Of a stretch of DNA of 64,000 nt, positions 9,709 through 18,529 are shown in pieces. The notes beneath the pieces are model-generated. The model searched no databases. It saw only the letters and a program-made list of their open reading frames with translations, and was not told the origin of the DNA. Each line of letters starts with the position of its first letter. Position 1 is the stretch's first letter. The DNA is from an uncultured Candidatus Saccharibacteria bacterium (GTDB lineage: Bacteria > Patescibacteriota > Saccharimonadia > Saccharimonadales > UBA10212), in NCBI GenBank assembly GCA_964567555.1, contig CAZMNA010000003.1, forward strand, positions 18,882 through 82,881. The letters run 5' to 3'. Both the position numbers and the translations under genes were made by a program.

Positions 9709-10704
9709 ATGCCACGCAATCGTGACGATCGGATCAAGTACCGCAAGGACTTCCCGTTCGTGGACTGGTTCTACACGGTCGGACCGGGCACCCTAAAGAC
9801 CCATGATCCTGATAACTTTGCAAGTGTCGAGATCAAGGTCAAGCAGGGAACGCCGGATCTGATGTACAGACAGTCCCAGGATGCCGGTCCTTGGGAGGTT
9901 GCTATTTCCCCCGCGATCGTTCGGACCGCGGAGCCCCACTACGAGGGTCAGCAGTGCGAGTATCTCTTCGTAGTTCTTACCGACGGCGTCGTCTCTACCG
10001 AGATGAGGATTGGAGTGAAGGAAGGATACCCTGAATCCTGCCGGTATAACTACGTACGAGAGGTCTTCACCAAGTATCCCTTCGCAAGAGTTGAGTACCT
10101 TGTCTGGGTCTCGATCCAGAACTGGTACGATACGCCGGAGGATCACGTTTGGAGTCTCGCACCCGGCGTCGACGATCAGTACTTCGTCGAGAGGACAATG
10201 AAGGTCACGATCTACAAACCACCACGTGATGGTTGGTCGGGTCTGTATCGTCGTGCTCGGCTCGGCGATACGTACCTAACGACTCGGCCACTTCTTCGTG
10301 GGATCGTCAGTAACGACCCAGACTGGTTGGCGATCAGCGATCGCTTGGATCAGCTCGCGGAAGCGTTCGAGTCGCGTGTCTACCTAAAGGGAATGCGTGA
10401 CAAGATCGACTCCTCAGAGATGAAGGGTATGGCCAGTCAGTGGGGCAACGTCAAAGTCATGACTTACGCCGCCCTCGGGCGGGTCATGATCACCCTCGAT
10501 GAACCGCGTTACCAGATCACCTTCATGGCCGCTGAAGACGGCGAGCCACGGATGGGCATTAACGCAGTCGATGGGCCACTTCCTCAACTCGAGCGGATCG
10601 TCAAGACGGTCATCAAAGGTTGGGAAGCATCCGAAGATCCCGCCTCTTCGCACAACGATGAGCGGGGGTTCAGCCCGTGGCCATTCATCCCTGAGACCAC
10701 CTAA
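9709..10704 (+). CDS. hypothetical protein (331 aa), ~56% GC
   Basis: AAGGAGG RBS 6 nt before the ATG. Trp/Tyr/Asp-rich globular composition; no recognisable family. Confidence 0.55.
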   Translation: MPRNRDDRIKYRKDFPFVDWFYTVGPGTLKTHDPDNFASVEIKVKQGTPDLMYRQSQDAGPWEVAISPAIVRTAEPHYEGQQCEYLFVVLTDGVVSTEMRIGVKEGYPESCRYNYVREVFTKYPFARVEYLVWVSIQNWYDTPEDHVWSLAPGVDDQYFVERTMKVTIYKPPRDGWSGLYRRARLGDTYLTTRPLLRGIVSNDPDWLAISDRLDQLAEAFESRVYLKGMRDKIDSSEMKGMASQWGNVKVMTYAALGRVMITLDEPRYQITFMAAEDGEPRMGINAVDGPLPQLERIVKTVIKGWEASEDPASSHNDERGFSPWPFIPETT

Positions 10705-10768
10705 ACCTCAACGGAGACGAGAGGGGCGGTTCATCCGCCCCTCAACTCTCAAATTTTTTTTAGGGCTT

Positions 10769-11254
10769 TTAGCTAATCAATTCTTCTAGCTTCGCAAACC
10801 TAACAACTTGCCAAGCCATAGCTTGTGATTCAGTTCTCCGCATGAATTCGCGACTGCTATTTTGGGACAAAATATTCAAACTACCTTCATATAGTATCTT
10901 TCGGTCTATGATAGCTACTTTACGGTGATGTCCTTCAGTGAATATGACCTGTATACCAAGGTGCTGAAGTTGTGATAGTGCTTTTAGGGCATCTAAGCGC
11001 ATAACATCATTATGTTCTTGAGGATCCCTGGTATTTATAGCTACTCTTACTCTCTTTGACTTAGCTCGCTTTAAGGCCGGTAGCAGGCACTTTAGACGTT
11101 TGGAAGTAACAAATGGGCTTTCGATGATTATTTCTGCTCCGGCCTTGTTAATGTCCCGCAAAAGCCTCGGGTAGAATGTATCTTCGTCAAATAACTTTGA
11201 TTCGGATATATCAGATATGCCATTATGAAACCGTTGGAGAAGGCGAGTTATCAT
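10769..11254 (-). CDS. PLD/HKD-family nuclease-like protein (161 aa), paralog 1
   Basis: HRKVAIID = HxKx4D motif followed by GSLNILSQ, Nuc/PLDc_2-like size. Roughly 45% identical to the 17890-18372 product (aligned by eye). Confidence 0.7.
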   Translation of the reverse strand: MITRLLQRFHNGISDISESKLFDEDTFYPRLLRDINKAGAEIIIESPFVTSKRLKCLLPALKRAKSKRVRVAINTRDPQEHNDVMRLDALKALSQLQHLGIQVIFTEGHHRKVAIIDRKILYEGSLNILSQNSSREFMRRTESQAMAWQVVRFAKLEELIS

Positions 11255-11344
11255 GACGCCTCCTCGGTTTGGATAGGTTTTAGGAGTTCTTTGATCGCTT
11301 CTATATCTTCTAATTCATCTAAATCAGTGTCATCGAGAGTTATA

Positions 11345-11902
11345 TTAGCGACCAATCTCTCCAGCCAGGTCGCCCGAGGGCGACCTAAGGGCTAAAAAAA
11401 GTTCATTCACGCCTGTAATCTTGTTAATATCTTGGGTTCCAGAAATTATTTCCTGATAAGTAGGCGCTTTGTCGAATATTACGGCGAAATAACCGGCTCT
11501 AGCCAGCGGATTTATCTGTTCTAACAGTAGATATTCCAGGTGTTCCAGAAAATATCTGACGTATTTCATTATTATGCTTAAATCGAGTGGTTGGTTCATC
11601 TGAGTCTTCTCCTTTTGCTCAGTTAAAGTTGCTATTTGATCTTCGGTTTTAATTAGTTCCTCCTCCATGTACTTAATTGCTGTTGCTGAGCTTAAGACCT
11701 TCATCTTATCCATGATTAGACCTGCCGAGAGTCTTTGCTCCTGTATGCGACCTTCTAAATCAACCTCATCTTGTTTAAGCAGAGCCTGGCGCTTATCCCA
11801 TTCCTTGGATACAGCCTGCTCGAATTCATTGATTCGCTCCGGCGCTACACTCAAACTCTTCACAAAGGCTTCTATAGTCTGATTGAAGTCCTTCCGGGGC
11901 AC
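11345..11902 (-). CDS. hypothetical coiled-coil protein (185 aa, GTG start); possibly the downstream part of a frameshifted avd fusion
   Basis: Overlaps the Avd ORF by 31 nt in the +2 frame. Its N-terminus (RKDFNQTIEAFVKSLSVA) loosely resembles the missing 4HB helix-3 region (..GRrs-KEF..FL.iA.GS); this is the weakest link. The rest is predicted helical and E/K/Q-rich. Confidence 0.45.
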   Translation of the reverse strand: MPRKDFNQTIEAFVKSLSVAPERINEFEQAVSKEWDKRQALLKQDEVDLEGRIQEQRLSAGLIMDKMKVLSSATAIKYMEEELIKTEDQIATLTEQKEKTQMNQPLDLSIIMKYVRYFLEHLEYLLLEQINPLARAGYFAVIFDKAPTYQEIISGTQDINKITGVNELFLALRSPSGDLAGEIGR

Positions 11903-12114
11903 TCGGAAGTAGTGGCCGCGGCAGCCAAAATTGACTCCAGCGCCAACAATACTTCGTTTTGTATTGTAGAGCCCAGCGTATAGCGCTCAGATTTTGGGAA
12001 GTGCTTGAGTTGTTCGTGGAGAAGTTTATATAACTGGTAAAAAGAATGAACAATAGGAATATCGACAGCAGTCCCACCCAGCTTGGTCTTGAACTCGCTG
12101 GTACCGTCCATCAA
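11872..12114 (-). CDS. avd: DGR accessory variability determinant (Avd)-like four-helix-bundle protein, truncated at 80 aa
   Basis: FYQLYKLLHEQLKHFPKSERYTLGSTIQNEVLLALESIL matches helices 1-2 of the 4HB (23S rRNA-IVS protein/Avd) family. The ORF stops where helix 3 should begin and its continuation appears in the overlapping frame. Confidence 0.55.
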   Translation of the reverse strand: MMDGTSEFKTKLGGTAVDIPIVHSFYQLYKLLHEQLKHFPKSERYTLGSTIQNEVLLALESILAAAATTSECPGRTSIRL

Positions 12115-13089
12115 GCTTTGATTTTAGCATCATTTGATCATATTTCCTCTGTTGATAACCTTTTTTCAGCTTGGCAGAGATTTCGTCGTGGCAAGCAATC
12201 ACGCCCAGACGTTTTGGCCTTTGAGAGGAACCTCGAGGACAACATATTCGGCCTTCAAACAGCCTTGAAAAACCGAAGCTATAGGCATGGAGACTATGAG
12301 CCGTTTACCATCTGCGATCCCAAGCAGCGCCAAATTCATAAAGCCACTGTGCGGGACCGAGTTGTCCACCAATTGCTTGTCTCGGCGATCGAACCGTTAT
12401 TTGATAGACACTTCATATATGACAGCTACTCCTGCCGCAAACATAAGGGTACCCACGCGGCAGTCGACCGGTTGAGGACTTTTCTGCGCAAAGCTAGCAA
12501 CAATAACACCAGGCAGGCTTACGCACTTAAACTGGACGTTCATAAATTCTTCGCCTCGGTCGATCATGACATTCTGACAAAGCTCTTAAAGAAACGGCTC
12601 CAAGACCCGCAAATACTGTGGCTACTCGATAAAGTTATAGAAAGTCACGAAGTTACACCAGGCAAAGGTATGCCGCTGGGCAACCTAACTAGCCAGCTAT
12701 TCGCTAACGTCTATATGCACGAGCTGGATTGGTTCGTCAAAAATCAACTGAAAGCTAAATACTACTTACGCTACTGCGATGATTTTATTATTGTCGATAC
12801 TGACCGCGACAAATTGCTTGGTCTTGTGCATCCATTGAGCGAGTTCCTTAACGAGTGTTTGGGTCTACATATTCACCCCCAAAAGATAAGTTTGCGAAGC
12901 TGGAGCCAAGGAGTGGATTTCCTGGGTTATGTATCCAAGCCACACTGTACTCTATTGCGTACTAAAACCCGAAAACGGATGCTGGCTAAAGTGGATTCTC
13001 ATAACCTGCCATCTTATCTAGGTCTATGTTCGCACGCCGACACATATAGGCTGAAGCGGTTAATTCTCAATAAAACAGCCTCTACTTGA
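12046..13089 (+). CDS. diversity-generating retroelement (DGR)-type reverse transcriptase
   Basis: RT motifs 0-7 are present: SAWQRFRRGK, ICDPKQR..DRVVHQ, the DGR-specific PLGNLTSQLFANVYM (I/LGxxxSQ in place of QGxxxSP), YLRYCDDFII and GVDFLGY. At 347 aa it has no maturase/En domains. It overlaps avd head-to-head if it starts at 12046; TTG 12118 is an alternative start. Confidence 0.8.
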   Translation: MNNRNIDSSPTQLGLELAGTVHQALILASFDHISSVDNLFSAWQRFRRGKQSRPDVLAFERNLEDNIFGLQTALKNRSYRHGDYEPFTICDPKQRQIHKATVRDRVVHQLLVSAIEPLFDRHFIYDSYSCRKHKGTHAAVDRLRTFLRKASNNNTRQAYALKLDVHKFFASVDHDILTKLLKKRLQDPQILWLLDKVIESHEVTPGKGMPLGNLTSQLFANVYMHELDWFVKNQLKAKYYLRYCDDFIIVDTDRDKLLGLVHPLSEFLNECLGLHIHPQKISLRSWSQGVDFLGYVSKPHCTLLRTKTRKRMLAKVDSHNLPSYLGLCSHADTYRLKRLILNKTAST

Positions 13090-13216
13090 GGTATGAAAAA
13101 GGGGCGCTAGATCTCACGGCTATAAAACAGCCGAAAAATTTCGCGCCCCTGTGGGGCGGAGGGCCAAGGAACGAATTCCAAGGCCCTCCCAGCCCCTAGG
13201 GACCAAAGTCCCAGTC

Positions 13217-14017
13217 CTACAACTCCCTGACCACCGGAACGGCATAGTCGTCGCTGCGGTCGTCGTCCCAGCTGGCACCCAGGCCGACCTCGCGGTCGAT
13301 CCCGTTCCAGTCGAGGATCGGCACGTCCGCCCAAGCCTCGCTGCCGGGAACGTTGGCCTGAAGGCCAGCTGCCCAGGCGCCCGGAATGGTCTCGTAGTCG
13401 ATGGCCGGCGGATACGCGGGGTGAGCCGCGAAGGCCGACAGGACTTGGAGTCCGGCCGAGTCATCGCCACGAACGTCCTTGGGGGCAGAGCCCCGGTTGG
13501 CCGTCATGTCCAGCTCGACCCACTTGACGCTCGGCTCCTTGCCGTAGCGGTCGGGGTTGAGCAGGCGCAGGTGCTCGGCGTCGGACTTGAGCCCGTCGTA
13601 GCGCCAGTAACCGTTGTCGATGATCTTCTGTTCGTGCTTGATCCAACCGGCCAGAGCCTCGAAGGTGGTCGGCAGGTCGCCGAGCCAGACGTCGAGGGTG
13701 AGCAGGTGGTCGAGCGAGCTGACGTGGTCGGTCGGCATCGTCTGCTTGAGCTGATCGAGCAGATCGGTGACCGGCCAGTCCTGGAACCCCGCGTAGTACG
13801 AGAAGCGACCGAGGATCTCCTCCGGTGTGCTGAAGACCTGCGGGACCGGCGGGACCATCAGGGCGTTGAACGCCTGGCGGTCAATCCGACCGGGATCGCC
13901 CTTCATCAGGGCAGTCAGTAGGTCGAAGTTGTCGACGAGCTTCTGCACGTTGTCACGGCTCTCCTTGCGGAGGTTGTCCGTGATTTCGCTGGCCTGAGCC
14001 ATCGTTGAAGCCGACAT
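13217..14017 (-). CDS. hypothetical protein (266 aa) on a ~65% GC foreign segment
   Basis: AAGGAG RBS 6 nt before the ATG on the minus strand. Diverse W/Y/D-rich composition. The overlapping plus-strand ORF is R/V/G-rich and looks like an antisense artefact. Confidence 0.5.
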   Translation of the reverse strand: MSASTMAQASEITDNLRKESRDNVQKLVDNFDLLTALMKGDPGRIDRQAFNALMVPPVPQVFSTPEEILGRFSYYAGFQDWPVTDLLDQLKQTMPTDHVSSLDHLLTLDVWLGDLPTTFEALAGWIKHEQKIIDNGYWRYDGLKSDAEHLRLLNPDRYGKEPSVKWVELDMTANRGSAPKDVRGDDSAGLQVLSAFAAHPAYPPAIDYETIPGAWAAGLQANVPGSEAWADVPILDWNGIDREVGLGASWDDDRSDDYAVPVVREL

Positions 14018-14274
14018 GCGAACTCCTTTGTCCGTGCCGTAGAGCCTACCCGTTATTCCACACCATAGGAGTGTGGCGAGCCAACCCTATTTGAGAACGG
14101 CGCACCAAAACCGAATGCTTCGGTTACAGAGTGCCATTCTCTTGAGAGAGTCGTAAAACCAATTGTTAAAGAACAGGGCTATTATACTATTTTAACTCTC
14201 GTATGTCAATAAGCTTATGTTAACATTTTCACCTTAAGCGTACAGGCATAGTACCCAGCTGGTAAAATACGTTT

Positions 14275-14538
14275 ATGACAAAGCAAAAATCCATTGATGA
14301 AATAAAATCTGCTTGGAATGACTTCGACAGACCAAAAAACGGTCAAATCTTTCAGCACTATAAAGGCGGAACATATGAGGTCGTCGCGACCGGTTTCCTC
14401 GAAGACACTGAGGCACCTTGTGTAATTTATCGCTCTCTTGAGAAAAATATAGTTTGGGTACGAACCGCCAAGAATTTTTTAGAACAAGTTGAATATAAGG
14501 GCATCACGCAGCCGCGATTTGAGTTAGTTAAAAGATAA
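14275..14538 (+). CDS. DUF1653-family small protein
   Basis: FQHYKGGTYEV..VIYRSLE matches the DUF1653 core. Confidence 0.6.
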   Translation: MTKQKSIDEIKSAWNDFDRPKNGQIFQHYKGGTYEVVATGFLEDTEAPCVIYRSLEKNIVWVRTAKNFLEQVEYKGITQPRFELVKR

Positions 14539-14734
14539 CTGGCTGAGCATCTCGGTCTAGTACACTTTTGCTCTGTCTCATGAATTATAGCCTAACTCCT
14601 TAAAACGAGACAAATGAGACAGTATAAAGGCTCAAAACCCGGCACCACACGCCCCCCATTGATAAATCTAGGTTTTGTTGTAAAATAATTGCATTGGGAC
14701 TTTATGTCTTGCCCTTCGACAATTCGAAAGAGGT

Positions 14735-15439
14735 GTGAAATTGGACACTACAATTACAGCTCAGCCTCCGACAGGAAAGTTGAGTGCCACCGACAGGTTG
14801 ATCTTCGGAATCATCCTGGGGATCGTCGTCGCGTTCGTCCTCTTTGTCGTTTACCTCGCTGCAGCAACAATCGCTCAGATGTATTACGACGCAGACGGAA
14901 CTCCGACTACGACGTTCTATCAAGCCGACTACATGAGGGCGATGGGGCTTAATGTCAACAAGCCCATTCCGCTCCGGCTTGGCAACCTGGTCAACGGGAC
15001 ATCGGGAACGACAACTTCGACTGTTAGCGGCGGCCTGTTCGGGTTCAGCTCAGTTACATCGCTGGATTTCGGACCGGATCAGCTTCTGAAGATCGGTTTT
15101 CAGCGCTCAGATGGGACTCGATACATCTTCTACTTCTCGATCAAGAAAGTCCGTGTCAGCTACCCGGCGCTTCACGCCGGTCAACATCCGTACATCAAGT
15201 TCACGATCAACAACTCGGCTGTAACTACGCAGTACGACTCGTGGACCCAGGTAAGGGCCAAGAACGCATGGGCATTCCAGGCAGGCGAGTATCGATACTT
15301 CAGACCACCCCTCAGTCATCAGACTGCGGCCTGGAGTGAGATCCAGTCAACTGGCCTGGCGAAGTACCTCGAACGAAGCGTCACTTCAATCGTGCTCGGC
15401 TTGACTCCGAGTCAATACCAGCGCATCTTGAACGGCTAA
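14735..15439 (+). CDS. N-terminally membrane-anchored hypothetical protein (234 aa)
   Basis: One TM helix (LIFGIILGIVVAFVLFVVYLAAA) then a Thr/Ser-rich globular part. AAGAGG RBS upstream; start is GTG 14735 or TTG 14741. Confidence 0.5.
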   Translation: MKLDTTITAQPPTGKLSATDRLIFGIILGIVVAFVLFVVYLAAATIAQMYYDADGTPTTTFYQADYMRAMGLNVNKPIPLRLGNLVNGTSGTTTSTVSGGLFGFSSVTSLDFGPDQLLKIGFQRSDGTRYIFYFSIKKVRVSYPALHAGQHPYIKFTINNSAVTTQYDSWTQVRAKNAWAFQAGEYRYFRPPLSHQTAAWSEIQSTGLAKYLERSVTSIVLGLTPSQYQRILNG

Positions 15440-15467
15440 GTGGCTGGAAGACCACAAGGAGGTAACA

Positions 15468-15671
15468 ATGCTGGAAAGAATTGCTCTTTGGTGGGAGCTC
15501 CAGAAGGCGTACAATCTTCGGGCTCGGATTCTCGGTGAATTGAGGCATATACCCCCGGAGAGTCAGTGGAGCGGGCTGGACGACCTCGTACGGCAGCTCA
15601 CTGAAGTGGAGGACTTCATCGTTCTTCACGATCCTTTCTTGGCAAGAAGCACTCGGCTCGCCGAGGCCTGA
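15468..15671 (+). CDS. small hypothetical protein (67 aa)
   Basis: ORF preceded by AAGGAGG. It is followed by the intrinsic terminator at 15735. Confidence 0.3.
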   Translation: MLERIALWWELQKAYNLRARILGELRHIPPESQWSGLDDLVRQLTEVEDFIVLHDPFLARSTRLAEA

Positions 15672-15734
15672 AAGGGCCGTTGAGGCGCAAGAAACCCAAT
15701 CGTAGACCTAGGCTGGAAGTAGCAGGCCTAGGCA

Positions 15735-15755
15735 CCGCGCCCCCCGCGAGGGGGC
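15735..15755 (+). terminator. rho-independent terminator (8-bp G/C stem gcgccccc/gggggcgc, 5-nt loop, then TTTAAATTT)
   Basis: Perfect GC hairpin followed by a T-rich tract, located after the 15468-15671 ORF. Confidence 0.5.
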
Positions 15756-15870
15756 GCTTTAAATTTCTTATAAATTTTGCGCAACAAAAGCCTTCTGTGC
15801 GGTGATTAAAATTAGCGGGATATTCATGCAATTGATGCAACTTACCACCTATGACATGATATGAGAAGCT

Positions 15871-16944
15871 ATGTCCCCGGAAAAAGACGACAGTCAATCT
15901 AGTCCTAACGTAACTGGGTCACCAGAGGACCTTACTGTCGACCAACTGCCAGAGATACTAGGTTTCGTAGAGAGCGAAGAATTGTTAGCCCTCCACGCTC
16001 GCGTAATAGAAGCCATGCCTTCTGGTGATGAAGCTCAAATTAGAGAGCTGATGCTCCAATATTCAGCCGAGGGCGAGAAGGTAGTCGACCAAAAGCAAGG
16101 CGACGATTTCCCTCGCGCTCAGGTAGGCTTCTTGATAGCTAAGGCCCTGCTATGGAAGGAAGCTGGGCGGGAAGATTATTACCCTGAAGATTTAAGCGAT
16201 GCTCTAACTTATGCCGATAACATGGGCTATGAAGACGTAGTGCCGGCACTGGTAGCTGCACTGGCGGAGGCCGAAGGATCGACCGCTGAGTCAGCTAAAT
16301 CACCCGGGATGGATCCGGAGTTTGCCATAAGAGCCGCCGACCCTATCCCCATAGAAAAAGACTTGGTAGAGCGAGCCCTTGAAGCGGGGATAAGAATGAT
16401 TGAATCCCCCGAAGGCTCATCGAGCAAACTTGATCCCTACCATCTGGGTCAATTAGCCCAGGCTTTCGGGTTATTGTCGGCGGGCAAAATAGCTATGCTT
16501 GAGCCATTACATATCTCGGCTATTAATTACGATCCTGCCTCCATGCAGCTAGAGGTTAAAGACACCCTGGAAAGGCCGATGCCGTCTATTCCTATCTTAG
16601 AGGCTGTTGCCGCTCAGAAAACTCTTGAGGGAATAGACAAAGAGGCATCGTATAATAACGTTCGTTTAGCCTTCGCTCTAACGGCATTGGCTCTAAGCGA
16701 GCTATACGAAGATAGACAACACTTGTCTGACAAGGCCGTTTCATCAATCCAAGCCTCCCTGCAAAAAATCCGGGAGCTAACTATACACTGCCCGCTGGCA
16801 AGTATGGCTGAGGGTCTAAGCAAGATTCAGATCGCCGGACTACTCAATGCAATTAATGTGACAATCACCTCAGACCCTATTAAGGCCGCAGTCTGGAAAG
16901 ATAAAGAGCCGCTACGAAAAGCTCTCGAACGTATCAAAAGCTAA
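15871..16944 (+). CDS. hypothetical acidic protein (357 aa)
   Basis: Long ORF, predicted helical and Ala/Glu/Leu-rich; no known domain. Confidence 0.5.
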   Translation: MSPEKDDSQSSPNVTGSPEDLTVDQLPEILGFVESEELLALHARVIEAMPSGDEAQIRELMLQYSAEGEKVVDQKQGDDFPRAQVGFLIAKALLWKEAGREDYYPEDLSDALTYADNMGYEDVVPALVAALAEAEGSTAESAKSPGMDPEFAIRAADPIPIEKDLVERALEAGIRMIESPEGSSSKLDPYHLGQLAQAFGLLSAGKIAMLEPLHISAINYDPASMQLEVKDTLERPMPSIPILEAVAAQKTLEGIDKEASYNNVRLAFALTALALSELYEDRQHLSDKAVSSIQASLQKIRELTIHCPLASMAEGLSKIQIAGLLNAINVTITSDPIKAAVWKDKEPLRKALERIKS

Positions 16945-17074
16945 AGTACCGTATCCCGCTATTTGCAGTATTTATACATTAGTGTTATAGTAAACTTCTC
17001 TCGTTGAGCGCTTTAGGGTGCTCCGAGCGCCCTTCGCAGTTCAACGAACCCAACCCCAACAGGGAGGTTCGGTC

Positions 17075-17512
17075 ATGGGTATCAGGGTACGCCGCCGCAC
17101 GCTGCTCATCGCCGGACTCGTTTGGGTCGGCGTAGCGCTTCTCGGCGGGATGACGGGTCCCAATCGGGGCTCGGGAGCACTTGTAGGCGTCCTTTTCATC
17201 GCCATCGTCATCTACGCCGGCATGGTGTTGATCGGGTGGACCATCAACAACCCGGACGAGATCGGTCACCGTGTCGCGGTAGCGACGCTGATCACTGGGC
17301 TGGCCTTCGTCGTATACGCGCTCATCGGCCTGCTCGTCGACGGTGCCAACTACCGATTCTTCGGCTTTGCCGGAGTTATCGGAGGCGCGTTCATGTCGGT
17401 CTCCGTTCTGGTGCGCTCGAGGCTGATCCGGATGGCACACGACAATCAGCGAACACCTGCACAGCAACAGCAGGACATCGTCGACATCTACAAACACATC
17501 CGCAAGCCGTGA
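17075..17512 (+). CDS. small integral membrane protein (~145 aa) on a ~62% GC segment
   Basis: GGGAGG RBS then the ATG at 17075. Four hydrophobic helices. Overlapping ORFs on other frames or strands are Arg-rich artefacts. Confidence 0.45.
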   Translation: MGIRVRRRTLLIAGLVWVGVALLGGMTGPNRGSGALVGVLFIAIVIYAGMVLIGWTINNPDEIGHRVAVATLITGLAFVVYALIGLLVDGANYRFFGFAGVIGGAFMSVSVLVRSRLIRMAHDNQRTPAQQQQDIVDIYKHIRKP

Positions 17513-17675
17513 CAACAGAACTGCAAGGGATCAACCGGGCTCGGCGTACGAACCAGTACGTCGGGCCCGGAGCTTCACCCGAGTTCATAAGCAATGCTTG
17601 TGGCCTCAGCCGAGGCGCTCAATAACACTGATTAATAAATGCAAAGCTTAAAAGTATATACTTCTTACGTTGCGT

Positions 17676-17876
17676 TTATTCGGTCTTGTCGTTCAGCTCT
17701 TCGTATAGCTTTTCAATAAGCTCAGGATTCTCATGACTCATGTTGTGGAAGAAGGACTGCAGGTCCTTCAGCATAGCAATGGCTTTTTCGGGTGTAGCAT
17801 TCTCTGGATCGTGAATCTTTAGGTAGCGAATAACACTATCTATATCTTTTTCGTTGATTTCGTAGTCTTTCGCCAT
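17676..17876 (-). CDS. small helical hypothetical protein (66 aa) immediately downstream of the PLD paralog 2
   Basis: 13-nt gap after the upstream gene suggests an operon. Charged helical composition. Confidence 0.4.
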   Translation of the reverse strand: MAKDYEINEKDIDSVIRYLKIHDPENATPEKAIAMLKDLQSFFHNMSHENPELIEKLYEELNDKTE

Positions 17877-17889
17877 AATTACTTCTATC

Positions 17890-18372
17890 TTACCAATAAA
17901 ACCGTTTCAACTTTAAAAAACTAATCATTTGCCGAGAAAGTTGCTCCGATTCTATACGTCGCATAACTTCACGGCTATGGCTCTGAGACAATATATTAAG
18001 ACTGCCTTCCCATAAAACCCTTTCATCCAGTATTGCGATTTTCCTGTGGTGATAATCATGGAAGAATTTAACTTTAACTCCTATATTCTTTAGCTCTTTT
18101 CTTGCTTGCCATGCCTGGATGCGCAGTAACCTGTCGTGATGGTTGGGGAAGCGAGTGTTTACCCTCACTACCACCCCTTTCTTAACCAACTTGCGGAGGG
18201 CAGGGGAAAGAGTGCGCAATCTACTTGTCGTGATGTATGGACTTTCAATGATAACCTCCTTCTGGCAAGTCTTTAGGTCTTGCAAAAATGCTCTGTAAAA
18301 TGTTCGTTCATCGAACAGATTCGAGGTAAGTAGGTCAGCAGGTGCGACCTTATGGCGCTTAAGACTTATCAT
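17890..18372 (-). CDS. PLD/HKD-family nuclease-like protein (160 aa), paralog 2
   Basis: HRKIAILD HxKx4D motif and GSLNILSQSHSREVMRRIES, nearly identical in arrangement to the 10769-11254 product. Confidence 0.7.
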   Translation of the reverse strand: MISLKRHKVAPADLLTSNLFDERTFYRAFLQDLKTCQKEVIIESPYITTSRLRTLSPALRKLVKKGVVVRVNTRFPNHHDRLLRIQAWQARKELKNIGVKVKFFHDYHHRKIAILDERVLWEGSLNILSQSHSREVMRRIESEQLSRQMISFLKLKRFYW

Positions 18373-18529
18373 CGTCTACCTCCATCCCCAGAGCCACCAG
18401 TTTCTGGTACATTAAGAGCAGGCTAGGGTATAAGGTGTTCCACCTATGGGCGACCATCCCAGCCAAGCCAAAGGTTGACCGTAGCTATCGGTACCCGTAA
18501 AGTCGTCGAAGCTAGGCCCTAGGAGCCTT

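Noticed and set aside
13151-13921. 256-aa plus-strand ORF in the 65% GC segment
   Set aside because: Arg/Val/Gly-rich composition is typical of the antisense strand of high-GC coding DNA. The minus-strand 266-aa ORF has an AAGGAG RBS and a balanced composition, so I kept that one.
16985-17625. Overlapping ORFs 16985-17515 (minus) and 17122-17625 (plus) around the small membrane-protein gene
   Set aside because: Both are Arg/Asp-rich products from alternative frames of a 62% GC segment. The 17075-17512 frame encodes clean TM helices and has an RBS.
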